This document shows, in pieces, positions 27,100 through 36,596 of a DNA stretch of 64,000 nucleotides. Each line of letters starts with the position of its first letter. Positions within the stretch are counted from its first letter, which is position 1. The DNA is from Phycisphaerae bacterium. Lineage in GTDB: Bacteria; Planctomycetota; Phycisphaerae; Sedimentisphaerales; UBA12454. The notes under the pieces were generated by a model. The model made no database searches and was not told the origin of the DNA. It worked only from the letters and a program-made list of their open reading frames with translations. The stretch spans positions 143,052-207,051 of the forward strand of contig JBAZHC010000003.1 in NCBI GenBank assembly GCA_041652575.1, written 5' to 3'. Made by a program: the position numbers and the translations under genes.

Positions 27100-30000
27100 A
27101 TGCCCAAACGTACAGATATCCATAAAATAATGATAATAGGCTCCGGCCCTATAGTTATAGGCCAGGGCTGCGAGTTCGATTATTCCGGCGCACAGGCCTG
27201 CAAGGCCCTGAGAAAAGAAGGCTATCAGGTCATTCTGGTCAACAGCAACCCTGCGACGATTATGACCGACCCGGAACTTGCCGACCGCACTTACATTGAG
27301 CCGATTACTCCGGAGATGATTGAGAAAATCATCCAGAAGGAAAAACCGGATTGCATCCTGCCGACTCTCGGAGGCCAAACCGGACTCAACACCGCTGTCG
27401 CCCTCGCCGAAAGTGGCATCCTGAAAAAGTATAACGTAAAACTTATCGGCGCAAACCTTGCGACAATTAAAAAGGCCGAAGAACGGGACAAATTCAAAAA
27501 AATAATTATCGATATCGGCCTTGAAGTACCTAAAAGCGGCTACGTACAAACGTGGGAACAGGCGCAGAAAATCGTCCAGCAAATCGGTTTCCCCGCCATT
27601 ATCCGTCCTTCTTATACTCTCGGCGGAACAGGCGGAAACATCGCGTATAACGCGGAGGAATATAAGGAGTTCATCCATTGGGGCCTGAGTTTAAGTCCAA
27701 AAAGCCAGGTTCTTGTCGAAGAATCCGTAATCGGCTGGAAAGAATACGAACTCGAAGTAATGCGAGACAGAAAAGACAATGTCGTGATTGTCTGTTCGAT
27801 AGAAAATCTCGACCCGATGGGCGTTCACACCGGCGACAGTATTACAGTTGCTCCCGCCCAGACTCTTACTGATAAAGAATACCAGACGATGCGCGATGCC
27901 GCCCTGAAAATTATCCGGGCCATCGGCGTCGAGACCGGCGGCTCGAATATTCAGTTCGCCATCAATCCGGAAAATGGCAAGATGTATGTAATTGAAATGA
28001 ACCCGCGTGTATCGAGAAGCTCCGCACTGGCTTCCAAGGCCACAGGTTTTCCGATTGCGAAAATCGCTTCCCTGCTGGCGGTCGGATATACTCTTGACGA
28101 GATACCGAACGACATAACCAAAAAGACGCCGGCCTGTTTTGAGCCGACGATTGACTACTGCGTCGTCAAATGGCCGCGGTTTACATTTGAAAAGTTCCCC
28201 GCGACAAATTCAGAGCTTACCGTCCAGATGAAAAGTGTCGGCGAAGCTATGGCTATCGGCAGAACATTCAAAGAAGCGTTTCAGAAAGCCATACGTTCTC
28301 TTGAAATAGACCGCTATTCACTCGACAGAAAACATATTGACTCGAAGATTGATAATGAACGGCTGAAACAAATCCTGCGCAAGAGCCAATGGGACAAAAT
28401 CTGGTATGTCGCCGAAGCCTTGCGAAGAAAATTCTCCATAGAGGAAATTTACAACTTCACAAAAATCGACCCATGGTTCCTGAACAATATCAGTCAAATT
28501 GTTAAGTTTGAAGACAAATTAAGCATAAAAAATCTTAAGCAGGCGAAAAAACTTGGCTTCAGCGATAAATACATCGCCTCGAAATTGAATATTCCCGAAC
28601 CGCAGCTTAGAAAACAGCGGCTCGAAGCGGGAATTTCCGCCGTTTATAAGATGGTCGATACCTGCGGCGCCGAATTCGAGGCAAATACGCCCTACCTGTA
28701 TTCTACTTATGAAGACCAGTGCGAGGCAAACCCGACGGCAAGGAAGAAAGTTATCATTCTCGGCGGCGGACCGAACAGAATCGGCCAGGGAATTGAATTC
28801 GATTACTGCTGCTGCCACGCGGCCTTTGCCTTAAAGGAAATCGGCATCGAATCCATAATGGTAAACTGCAACCCTGAAACTGTCAGTACCGATTACGACA
28901 CATCCGACAGGCTGTATTTTGAGCCTTTGACTTTTGAAGATGTAATGAACATCATCGACAAAGAAAAACCAGACGGCGTTATCGTCCAGTTCGGCGGTCA
29001 GACCCCTTTGAAACTTGCCAACGCCCTGTCGAAAGCCGGCGTAAAAATTATCGGTACAAGTCCCGACAGCATCGATGCCGCTGAAGACAGAAAGCGTTTC
29101 AATAAAATAGTTGAAAAGCTCAAACTCAATCAGCCGCCCAGCGGAACCGCGATGAATTATCAGCAGACCGTCAAAATCGCCAAAAAGCTCGGCTACCCCC
29201 TGCTTGTCAGACCATCTTTCGTTCTCGGCGGAAGAGCAATGCAAATTGTTTATGACGAAACGGAACTACAGGCCTGCGTTGAAAGAGCTATCGCGGTTTC
29301 AGAAGAGCACCCGATTCTTATTGATAAATTCCTCGACGATGCTGCCGAACTCGACGTTGATGCAATCAGCGACGGCAAAATCGTCGTCATCGGCGGAGTT
29401 ATGGAACACATCGAAGAGGCCGGCATACATTCAGGCGATAGTGCCTGTTCTCTGCCGCCGTTTTCGCTAAATCAGGATTTAATTAAGGAAATCAAACGTC
29501 AGACAAAGCTGCTCGCGCTCGAACTGAAAGTAAAAGGCCTGATGAACGTTCAATTCGCCGTAAAGGACGACAAGATTTACATACTCGAGGTCAATCCGAG
29601 AGCTTCAAGAACAATTCCATTTGTCAGCAAGGCCATCGGCGTTCCTCTCGCCAAACTTGCCGCCAAGGTAATGGCAGGCAAAACGCTCGAAGAACTCGGA
29701 TTCACAGAAGAAACGCACCGGAGTCATTTCTCCGTCAAGGAAGCTGTCTTTCCGTTCCTGAAATTCCCCGGCTGCGACACTCTGCTTGGCCCGGAGATGC
29801 TTTCTACCGGCGAGGTAATGGGGCTCAGCGACGATTTTGGTATTTCTTACGCCAAGTCGCAGATTGCTTCCGGCAATTCTCTGCCGACGAGCGGAAATAT
29901 CTTTATAAGCGTTAAAGACGCCGACAAAGCCAAAGGCGTTGAAATAGCGAAAAAGCTTCACCAGATGGGCTTTAAGCTTTTCGCCACGAAAGGCACCTGT

Positions 30001-30285
30001 ATCGAGCTGATTAAGAACAATGTGCCGTCGGAGTTCGTACTCAAAATGAATGAAGGCAGGCCGAACATCGTCGATTTGATTATAAACAATCAGGTCGCCC
30101 TGATTATAAATACGACTGTCGGCAAGCAGACTATAAAGGATTCGTTCCTGATAAGACGAACCGCTCTCGACCGCAACGTGCCTTACACCACGACAATCAG
30201 GGGCGCTTCAGCGGTTACAAGAGCGCTCGAATCGATGAAGCAGAAAAAAACCGAAGTAAAACCAATACAATTGTATTACAGATAA
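27100..30285 (+). CDS. carB: Carbamoyl-phosphate synthase large subunit
   Basis: [30 protein letters not shown], duplicated ATP-grasp halves and a C-terminal MGS-like domain. Confidence 0.97.
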   Translation: MPKRTDIHKIMIIGSGPIVIGQGCEFDYSGAQACKALRKEGYQVILVNSNPATIMTDPELADRTYIEPITPEMIEKIIQKEKPDCILPTLGGQTGLNTAVALAESGILKKYNVKLIGANLATIKKAEERDKFKKIIIDIGLEVPKSGYVQTWEQAQKIVQQIGFPAIIRPSYTLGGTGGNIAYNAEEYKEFIHWGLSLSPKSQVLVEESVIGWKEYELEVMRDRKDNVVIVCSIENLDPMGVHTGDSITVAPAQTLTDKEYQTMRDAALKIIRAIGVETGGSNIQFAINPENGKMYVIEMNPRVSRSSALASKATGFPIAKIASLLAVGYTLDEIPNDITKKTPACFEPTIDYCVVKWPRFTFEKFPATNSELTVQMKSVGEAMAIGRTFKEAFQKAIRSLEIDRYSLDRKHIDSKIDNERLKQILRKSQWDKIWYVAEALRRKFSIEEIYNFTKIDPWFLNNISQIVKFEDKLSIKNLKQAKKLGFSDKYIASKLNIPEPQLRKQRLEAGISAVYKMVDTCGAEFEANTPYLYSTYEDQCEANPTARKKVIILGGGPNRIGQGIEFDYCCCHAAFALKEIGIESIMVNCNPETVSTDYDTSDRLYFEPLTFEDVMNIIDKEKPDGVIVQFGGQTPLKLANALSKAGVKIIGTSPDSIDAAEDRKRFNKIVEKLKLNQPPSGTAMNYQQTVKIAKKLGYPLLVRPSFVLGGRAMQIVYDETELQACVERAIAVSEEHPILIDKFLDDAAELDVDAISDGKIVVIGGVMEHIEEAGIHSGDSACSLPPFSLNQDLIKEIKRQTKLLALELKVKGLMNVQFAVKDDKIYILEVNPRASRTIPFVSKAIGVPLAKLAAKVMAGKTLEELGFTEETHRSHFSVKEAVFPFLKFPGCDTLLGPEMLSTGEVMGLSDDFGISYAKSQIASGNSLPTSGNIFISVKDADKAKGVEIAKKLHQMGFKLFATKGTCIELIKNNVPSEFVLKMNEGRPNIVDLIINNQVALIINTTVGKQTIKDSFLIRRTALDRNVPYTTTIRGASAVTRALESMKQKKTEVKPIQLYYR

Positions 30286-30295
30286 AGGAAATAAA

Positions 30296-31411
30296 GTGAA
30301 AGGCATATTACTGCTCGAAGATGGAACATGTTTCAAAGGCTCAGGTTTTGGAGCCCAGGGCAGAAAATGCGGAGAAGTTGTATTCAATACCGCCATGAGC
30401 GGCTATCAGGAAATTCTCACAGACCCGTCTTATCACGAACAGATTATTACTATGACCTATCCTTTAATAGGTAATTACGGCACAAATTCGCTGGACGTTG
30501 AGGCCGAAAAGCTTTATCTGAGCGGCTTTATCGTAAAGGAAAATTGTTCCTTCCCGAGCAATTGGAGAAATACAATTTCGCTCGATGATTATCTTAAAAA
30601 ACATAAAGTTCCCGCAATCGAAGATATCGATACAAGAAAATTAGTTATGCTCCTCCGCCAAACAGGCTCGATGAAAGGAATTATCTGTACAGACGGCACA
30701 ACTATCAAAAATCTGAAAGACGAACTTGATAAATACCCTGGCCTTGTCAACAGAGACATCGTCAAGAACGTCTGCGTCAGGAAAAGCTATACCTGGGACA
30801 AACCAGTTGAAGACGAATTCGGAATATTACATAAAGCCGAGACGAAATATAACGTAGTCGCTTTCGATTATGGCATTAAGCAGAACATTCTTCGGCTGCT
30901 CGTCTCGCATGGCTGCAAAGTTACAGTCGTCCCGGCAAGTACGACCGCACAGGAGGTTCTTAGACTAAAACCGGATGGTGTATTTTTAAGCAACGGCCCC
31001 GGCGACCCCGGCCCTATAAGCTACGCCATTGATACGATTCATAAACTGCTCGGCAAGGTTCCCATTTTCGGAATCTGTCTCGGCCATCAGCTTCTCGGCC
31101 TGGCCCTGGGCGGAAAAAGTTATAAACTGAAATTCGGTCACCACGGCTCAAATCATCCGGTCAAAAATCTCATTACGGAAAAGATTGAAATCACCAGTCA
31201 GAACCACGGTTTTTGCATCGACCCCGATTCTCTGCTCGACAAAGATATACAGATTACGCATATGAATCTGAACGATAATACGCTCGAAGGTTTCCGCTGT
31301 AAAAAGGTGCCGGCTTTTGCCGTTCAGTATCACCCCGAAGCATCCCCCGGCCCCCACGATTCAAACTATCTGTTCGACGATTTTATCGAAATGATGGAAA
31401 AAGCAAAATAA
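30296..31411 (+). CDS. carA: Carbamoyl-phosphate synthase small (glutaminase) subunit
   Basis: GTG start after AAGGAA. The sequence contains AMSGYQEILTDPSY, and the glutaminase triad context is GICLGHQLL with HPE. Confidence 0.95.
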   Translation: MKGILLLEDGTCFKGSGFGAQGRKCGEVVFNTAMSGYQEILTDPSYHEQIITMTYPLIGNYGTNSLDVEAEKLYLSGFIVKENCSFPSNWRNTISLDDYLKKHKVPAIEDIDTRKLVMLLRQTGSMKGIICTDGTTIKNLKDELDKYPGLVNRDIVKNVCVRKSYTWDKPVEDEFGILHKAETKYNVVAFDYGIKQNILRLLVSHGCKVTVVPASTTAQEVLRLKPDGVFLSNGPGDPGPISYAIDTIHKLLGKVPIFGICLGHQLLGLALGGKSYKLKFGHHGSNHPVKNLITEKIEITSQNHGFCIDPDSLLDKDIQITHMNLNDNTLEGFRCKKVPAFAVQYHPEASPGPHDSNYLFDDFIEMMEKAK

Positions 31412-31510
31412 TCTTAGCCTTTTCAGGCCAAACAGCCTGCAGAATATTTATTTGATATTTTATTAATGCAGGATACAATATTCGTATAATAACTTTTGAA
31501 GGAGAGCGAA

Positions 31511-32575
31511 ATGAAAAAGGCCATTATTTGTGCTATATTTTTCTTCCTTGGTTTTCCTGCCTATGCAATTGATTACAACGATTTTCCGCCAGAACTCCGG
31601 CAGATGCTTGATAAAAATATCAGCAGAATTGAACCCAACCAAATATGCATAGCCGGCCGTGTAACCTTCAGCGATGGCGTAAGCATCAACAGCGGCAAAG
31701 ACCTAAAAATAAATCTTCTTAGAGGCATTGATATGCCTTTATGGGTCTATGAAGATGGCATGTTTATGATGGATAAGCCTTACAAATATGATTCTGATGC
31801 TCCATGGAAAATTTCAATCAATGCTTTTGGATACGAACCTGTTAATTCGACTATTGCGATCCCTAAAGGAAAAATATTTTATATCGAATATATCCTTGCC
31901 AAACCGCCGCCTGAAAAACTATCGACCATCACGGGAACTATCGTTAATGAAAACAATGAACCCTTGCAAGATGTTCATATCAGTCTGTCGTTCCCTAATT
32001 CCTCTCACGGAACCGGCGAAGAACCCGGTAGAGAGACAATTACAGGATCCGACGGCCGATATTTATTTGATTATCTTTCTTCCGGAGAACATAAAATTTT
32101 TATTAGCGTCATTGGTTATGCATCTAATATTGAGTTTTTCAAATTGCCCCCCGGCCGGACCATTACAAAGGATTTTAAACTCTCGAAAAATCTCAGGATT
32201 GTTATAGATTATGTTTATCAGGACAACAACTCCACTGATTTTAAAGATGCAAATCTTCAAACATTTACGATAGAATGGCCAAATGGGTGCGAAATGGATT
32301 TTTCCGAAGGCCAAACAATTAACATGGCCAATGTAACTAAGCCTGATATCTATTTAAGGCAGGAATTTGATTCATTAAAATTTGAAGTTCATTATGCCAA
32401 TGGCAAGAATGGTTTTTTCGATTTGGGGCCTCTGGACTTTGATTCTGTTGAAAACGCTCCAAAGTCGAATTACAGTTTAATAACTGTGCCCTGTGAAATC
32501 GGACATGTTTATGCCGTTCGAACATACGAAGGCAAATACGCAAAGTTTATAGTGGAAGATATTCTGCAGGAGTAA
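31511..32575 (+). CDS. Secreted hypothetical protein with a carboxypeptidase-regulatory-like (CarboxypepD_reg) domain
   Basis: GAAGGAG RBS and the ATG at 31511. Signal peptide is MKKAIICAIFFFLGFPAYA. ITGTIVNENNEPLQDVHISL...GSDGRYLFDYLSSGEHKI is typical of the beta-sandwich domain. Confidence 0.6.
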   Translation: MKKAIICAIFFFLGFPAYAIDYNDFPPELRQMLDKNISRIEPNQICIAGRVTFSDGVSINSGKDLKINLLRGIDMPLWVYEDGMFMMDKPYKYDSDAPWKISINAFGYEPVNSTIAIPKGKIFYIEYILAKPPPEKLSTITGTIVNENNEPLQDVHISLSFPNSSHGTGEEPGRETITGSDGRYLFDYLSSGEHKIFISVIGYASNIEFFKLPPGRTITKDFKLSKNLRIVIDYVYQDNNSTDFKDANLQTFTIEWPNGCEMDFSEGQTINMANVTKPDIYLRQEFDSLKFEVHYANGKNGFFDLGPLDFDSVENAPKSNYSLITVPCEIGHVYAVRTYEGKYAKFIVEDILQE

Positions 32576-32623
32576 ATATCTTCACCAAAGGCGATACTTC
32601 GATAATTTTAGTTTTTGATATTT

Positions 32624-35044
32624 TTATTGCAATTTCTCATACGGCCACATCTCGATTCCGCCGTCGAGAACTTTAACATCCTTAAAGCCATGATGTTTCA
32701 ATATAATCGCCGCCTCGTAGCCTCTTAGCGAATAATTACAAAACGCCACAATCGGTCTTTCCTTATCAAGCTCGACGAACCGTGACCGCAGCGAAGCCAG
32801 CGGAATAAATACCGAACCGTTCAGCCTCTGCTGCCTGTATTCCGACGGCGTCCTTACATCCAGCAGCACAAAATCCTTCTTGTCCTGTATCATATTCCAG
32901 ACATCCCGCGGATTTATGCCGTCCATCAGGCCGTCGAGTTTATTTCTGGCGACATTGGCCGCCGTAATAATATTGTCAATCACCGGCGCATAAGGCGGAG
33001 CATAGCACAAATCAAGATTCGAAATCTGCTCGACCGTCATCTTGCCCGCAATCGCAGTCGCCGCGACATCGATTCGCTTATCGGTATTGCCCGGGCCTAT
33101 CGCCTGTGCGCCGAGAAGTCTTCGGCTGTTTTTATCGACAACAAGTTTCATCATCACCATCGCGGCCCCCGGCACAAAATGCTCCCTGTCCGGCGCCGGA
33201 ACAAGAACCGAAACGACATCAAACCCGTCCCGTTTTGCCATAAATTCCGTCAGTCCCGTAACCGCGACGTTATAATCAAACACCTTGCACGCCACGGTCC
33301 CGAGAATCGGGCCGAACATATCGTTTCCGCCGCATATATTTGTCGCCGCAACTCTGCCCTGTTTGTTGGCAGTCGAGCCTAAAGGCACATAACTTGGCTT
33401 TTGCGTAATCATATCGATATTCTCAACGCAATCGCCCGCCGCGTAAACATCCGTATCGGATGTCTGCATTTTCGGATTAACCTTTATCGCGCCGGTCGTG
33501 CCGATTTCAAGACCCGCCTGCCGTGCCAGACTTACTTTAGGCTTATTACCTACCGCGATTATCACAAGGTCCGCAGGATACGCGCCCTTATCCGTTACTA
33601 CGCACTCGACAGTATCCGCGCCGTTAAATTTTATTACCTGCGTATCGCTTAGAACTCTCACGCCGTGCGATTCGAGCTGATTTTCAATAAGCATCGCCAA
33701 CTCCGCGTCGAGCAGCCGGAATATCTGCGGCAATTTTTCAACTATCGTTACCCTGCATCCTTTTTTAACGAGGGCTTCCGTCATTTCAATTCCGATAAGA
33801 CCGCCGCCGACAATAACGACGTCGCGTGCCTTGCCCCTGTCAAGAGCGGCTTTTATTCCCTCGGCGTCCGTAACGCCGTGCAGCGTAAAAATATTTCCGA
33901 GTTTAATTCCTTCAATCTCCGGCTTAACCGGCTCCGAACCGGTCGCAAGTACGAGTTTATCGTAATCCAGCACCGACTTGGCATTATCGACTAAATGTTT
34001 TACACGAACCTGTTTTTTCTTACGGTCGATTTCAATCGCTTCGGTCTGATTCATAAGATGAACGTTCTTAACCTGCTGGAAGAATATCGGGTCGCGCACG
34101 ACGCCCGCCGGCGAGCTCATCAGTTCGTTCTGGTCCTTGACGGTCCCGCCGATATAATAAGGCAGTCCGCAGCCCGCGTAAGATAGCAACCTGCCCTTTT
34201 CGATAATCGTTACATCAGCGTCAGGGTCGAGCCGCATAACCTTCGCCGCGACTTTCGGCCCCGCCGCCACTCCGCCAATTATCACTACCTTCATTGGCTT
34301 TTTCATCTTTGTATCTCCCGTGATTTGTTCCGCTGCCGTTTGTGCCGCAGCTTTAAGACTTATTACAATTTCCGTCCCGCCAAGATGCGATTTCTCGATA
34401 TGTACATTCCCGCCCGCCGCGTCGATTATCGCCTTTACAAAAGCAAGCCCAAGTCCCGTACCCGGCCGGGACGAGTCGCGGGCTCCTGCCGTCCTGAAAA
34501 AAGGCTGAAAAACTTTTTCATAATTCTCTTCTGAAATTCCAATCCCCGAATCGGCGATTCTTATCTCGTATGCGTCCGCGGTCTTGTCGTACAAAAGAAG
34601 CGTTTCAATCCTGCCGTTGTCAGGCGTGTATTTTATCGCGTTTGAAAGCAATGCTTCGATAGCTTCGGTTATCGCCGCTTCATTACCGGCCGACCACGCC
34701 GGCTCAGCGTCTATCTTTGCCGTAAGGGTAATATTGTGTCTGCTCGCCTGCTGGGTATAAGCGGCCGATTCTTTGCGGAGAATTGCTGAAAGCTCGACCT
34801 GTCCTTTCAACGATGCGGGGTCGTTAACGGCCCTCGATATTACAAGGAGCCTCTGCGCGGTAAGCAGAGATTCGTCGCAGCGTCCGATTGCCCGCTGCAA
34901 AAGGTCTTTCTGCTTGGCCGTAACAGGCCCGGCAAATTCGCCCAAAAGTGTCTCAAGGATTGTACTTATGGATGCAATCGGCCCTTTAAGCTGATGCGCT
35001 ACGAGAGAGGCGAACTTCAAAGGGTCTGATATGATATTCTTCAT
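32624..35044 (-). CDS. In-frame fusion of a histidine-kinase core (DHp and HATPase_c) to a CoA-disulfide reductase/NADH-oxidase-family flavoprotein with a C-terminal rhodanese domain
   Basis: Kinase part, aa 1-246: H-box VAHQLKGPIASI, N-box LLSNAIKYT, G1 DSGIGI, G2 GTGLGLAFV. Flavoprotein part, aa 247-806: VVIIGGVAAGPK, the redox Cys in SYAGCGLPYY, a second GxGxxG (VVIVGGGLIGIE) and the rhodanese Cys in VAFCNYSLRG. There is no stop codon between the two parts. An internal GGGAG-N8-ATG is at 34306. Confidence 0.8.
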   Translation of the reverse strand: MKNIISDPLKFASLVAHQLKGPIASISTILETLLGEFAGPVTAKQKDLLQRAIGRCDESLLTAQRLLVISRAVNDPASLKGQVELSAILRKESAAYTQQASRHNITLTAKIDAEPAWSAGNEAAITEAIEALLSNAIKYTPDNGRIETLLLYDKTADAYEIRIADSGIGISEENYEKVFQPFFRTAGARDSSRPGTGLGLAFVKAIIDAAGGNVHIEKSHLGGTEIVISLKAAAQTAAEQITGDTKMKKPMKVVIIGGVAAGPKVAAKVMRLDPDADVTIIEKGRLLSYAGCGLPYYIGGTVKDQNELMSSPAGVVRDPIFFQQVKNVHLMNQTEAIEIDRKKKQVRVKHLVDNAKSVLDYDKLVLATGSEPVKPEIEGIKLGNIFTLHGVTDAEGIKAALDRGKARDVVIVGGGLIGIEMTEALVKKGCRVTIVEKLPQIFRLLDAELAMLIENQLESHGVRVLSDTQVIKFNGADTVECVVTDKGAYPADLVIIAVGNKPKVSLARQAGLEIGTTGAIKVNPKMQTSDTDVYAAGDCVENIDMITQKPSYVPLGSTANKQGRVAATNICGGNDMFGPILGTVACKVFDYNVAVTGLTEFMAKRDGFDVVSVLVPAPDREHFVPGAAMVMMKLVVDKNSRRLLGAQAIGPGNTDKRIDVAATAIAGKMTVEQISNLDLCYAPPYAPVIDNIITAANVARNKLDGLMDGINPRDVWNMIQDKKDFVLLDVRTPSEYRQQRLNGSVFIPLASLRSRFVELDKERPIVAFCNYSLRGYEAAIILKHHGFKDVKVLDGGIEMWPYEKLQ

Positions 35045-35160
35045 GAAATACTATTTTACATTGTATTTATGAAATTTCAAACATGATTTTTATGTTGCCC
35101 TAATCATCGACAACTCTTTAACCCCCGGACCTTTACCCGCCTTGGCGGCAATCTCGTCTT

Positions 35161-35287
35161 GTCATTCCCGCGAAAGCGGGAATCCATAAATATTTAGCCC
35201 GCCGTTTCACGGCGGGTTCCGTCATTCCTCCGCAACCCTAAGGACTCCTGATGGAGGACACCTTATGGTGGACCTTTACGGAGGAAT
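35161..35287. repeat. REP/MITE-like cluster of palindromic units
   Basis: GTCATTCC occurs at 35161 and 35221, exactly 60 bp apart. The hairpins are ATTCCCGC-gaaa-GCGGGAAT (35164-35183), CCCGCCG-tttca-CGGCGGG (35198-35216), and ATTCCTCCG (35224-35232) paired with CGGAGGAAT (35279-35287). Confidence 0.6.
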
Positions 35288-35351
35288 CTATTAAAACGAT
35301 TAAAATTATCCTGCCATTATGCTAATAATTTCAACCCCGTTTAGATATATT

Positions 35352-35585
35352 TTAAGCATTGAGTTTATCAACTACAAGACTTAACGCGGCATCGAAATCA
35401 TTTACTATCATTGATCCGGGAATCCTCAGTGTCTTGAAACCAAGATTTTTAAGTTTGTCAGTTATTATATTATCTTTTTGTTTGGCTTTTGGAGACCGGT
35501 GGTGTTTAGTAGAATCACAAAAAATGGCCAAACGGCAATCAGGAAAATAAAAATCAGCTTCTGTGAGCAATGTTTTATCTTTCAA
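35352..35585 (-). CDS. Short restriction-endonuclease-fold protein (DUF559/Vsr-like), probably a remnant
   Basis: 77 aa. ADFYFPDCRLAIFCDSTKHH...DKLKNLGFKTLRI resembles the core of Vsr/DUF559-type nucleases. There is no N-terminal partner domain and no adjacent methyltransferase. Confidence 0.4.
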   Translation of the reverse strand: MKDKTLLTEADFYFPDCRLAIFCDSTKHHRSPKAKQKDNIITDKLKNLGFKTLRIPGSMIVNDFDAALSLVVDKLNA

Positions 35586-35682
35586 CTATTTTCCCCGTTA
35601 CCTTCGCCTTAAATATTCCACTAATCAGATGAGAAAGACTCTAAAAACGGAGTATGGCAATATTGCTCTTTTATATAAGAAT

Positions 35683-35759
35683 AGCCACAAAGGCACTAAG
35701 ACACTAAGTTTATAGAATATTAGCATTTTTTTTCTTTGTGCCTTTGAGTCTTAGTGGCT
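35683..35759. repeat. Composite inverted/direct repeat immediately upstream of the ECF sigma gene
   Basis: AGCCAC (35683) pairs with GTGGCT (35754), and CAAAGGCAC (35688) with GTGCCTTTG (35738). CACTAAG occurs twice (35694, 35702) and pairs with CTTAGTG (35750). The arms are not in nested order. Confidence 0.6.
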
Positions 35760-35772
35760 ACTATATCTCGCT

Positions 35773-36342
35773 GTGGAAATCGATTTCAACGACATTCAGG
35801 CCTGTTTAAACGGCGATAATGACGCCTATCGGCGGCTTATGCAAAGGTATGAGCCGCAAATAGTCAGGCTTATGTGGCGTTTTACCCGCGACAGAAATGA
35901 GGTTGAGCAGCTTGTTCAGGAGGCCTTTGTCGAGGCCTTTTTCAGTCTTAAAAGTTACAAAGGTCAGGGCCCATTTTTGCACTGGCTCAACAAGATTGCA
36001 ACTCGTGTCGGCTACAGGTTTTGGAAGCAGCGGGACAGGGCCGGATTATTTGTGCCGATGGATGATATGGACAATTTTGATGCTGTTGACGAGAGTAACG
36101 CAAATGAAATTGATTCCGCTCAGGCCGCTGAAGTTTTGCATTCTTTATTTAATCGGCTGCAAGCTACTGACAGGCTGATACTTACGTTGATGTACTTTGA
36201 GGAATGTTCTATCGAGGAAATCGCCAAAAGGACTGGCTGGACGAAAGCGGGAACGAAAATGCGGGCGATGCGTGCTCGCGGAAAATTGAAAAAACTTGCG
36301 GAAAAAGAAAATTTTTCGGAGAAATTCGAATGGATAAAATAA
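35773..36342 (+). CDS. RNA polymerase sigma factor, ECF (sigma-70 group 4)
   Basis: GTG start. Region 2 is YRRLMQRYEPQIVRLMWRFTRDRNEVEQLVQEAFVEAF. Region 4 is LILTLMYFEECSIEEIAKRTGWTKAGTKMRAMRARGKL. Confidence 0.85.
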   Translation: MEIDFNDIQACLNGDNDAYRRLMQRYEPQIVRLMWRFTRDRNEVEQLVQEAFVEAFFSLKSYKGQGPFLHWLNKIATRVGYRFWKQRDRAGLFVPMDDMDNFDAVDESNANEIDSAQAAEVLHSLFNRLQATDRLILTLMYFEECSIEEIAKRTGWTKAGTKMRAMRARGKLKKLAEKENFSEKFEWIK

Positions 36343-36596
36343 TAAAAATTATTGAAAAACTGGCTAAAACAGCGAGAAATGAGGCTTTGCCGCAATTTGA
36401 CGTTTCCGATGATGTTATGACACGAATAAGTCTTTTGCAGCATGAAAAAGTCGGCCTTTTGCCGCTTGAAGTATTCGCCGGGCTAACGGCTGTCGCCGCT
36501 TCGATTGTAACATTCTTTTCCATCCAGGCTTGGAACTATATAGTTAATCCGTTATTTCAACTATTCGCACCATACCAGGGAGTCTCATTATGGTAA
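36330..36596 (+). CDS. Putative anti-sigma factor (small single-pass membrane protein)
   Basis: The ATG at 36330 overlaps the sigma gene stop. 88 aa, with one TM helix (LPLEVFAGLTAVAASIVTFF). The call rests on position and topology only. Confidence 0.5.
   Translation: MDKIIKIIEKLAKTARNEALPQFDVSDDVMTRISLLQHEKVGLLPLEVFAGLTAVAASIVTFFSIQAWNYIVNPLFQLFAPYQGVSLW

Noticed and set aside
35161-35287. Possible CRISPR array, given the 60 bp phasing of GTCATTCC units.
   Set aside because: There are only two phased units, the repeats are themselves internal palindromes of different length, and there are no cas genes or further repeat-spacer periodicity. The pattern fits REP/MITE-like hairpins better.
35654-35666. 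Sigma-54-like TGGCAATATTGCT upstream of the ECF sigma gene.
   Set aside because: The GG and GC dinucleotides are separated by 7 nt instead of 10, so it does not fit the -24/-12 geometry.
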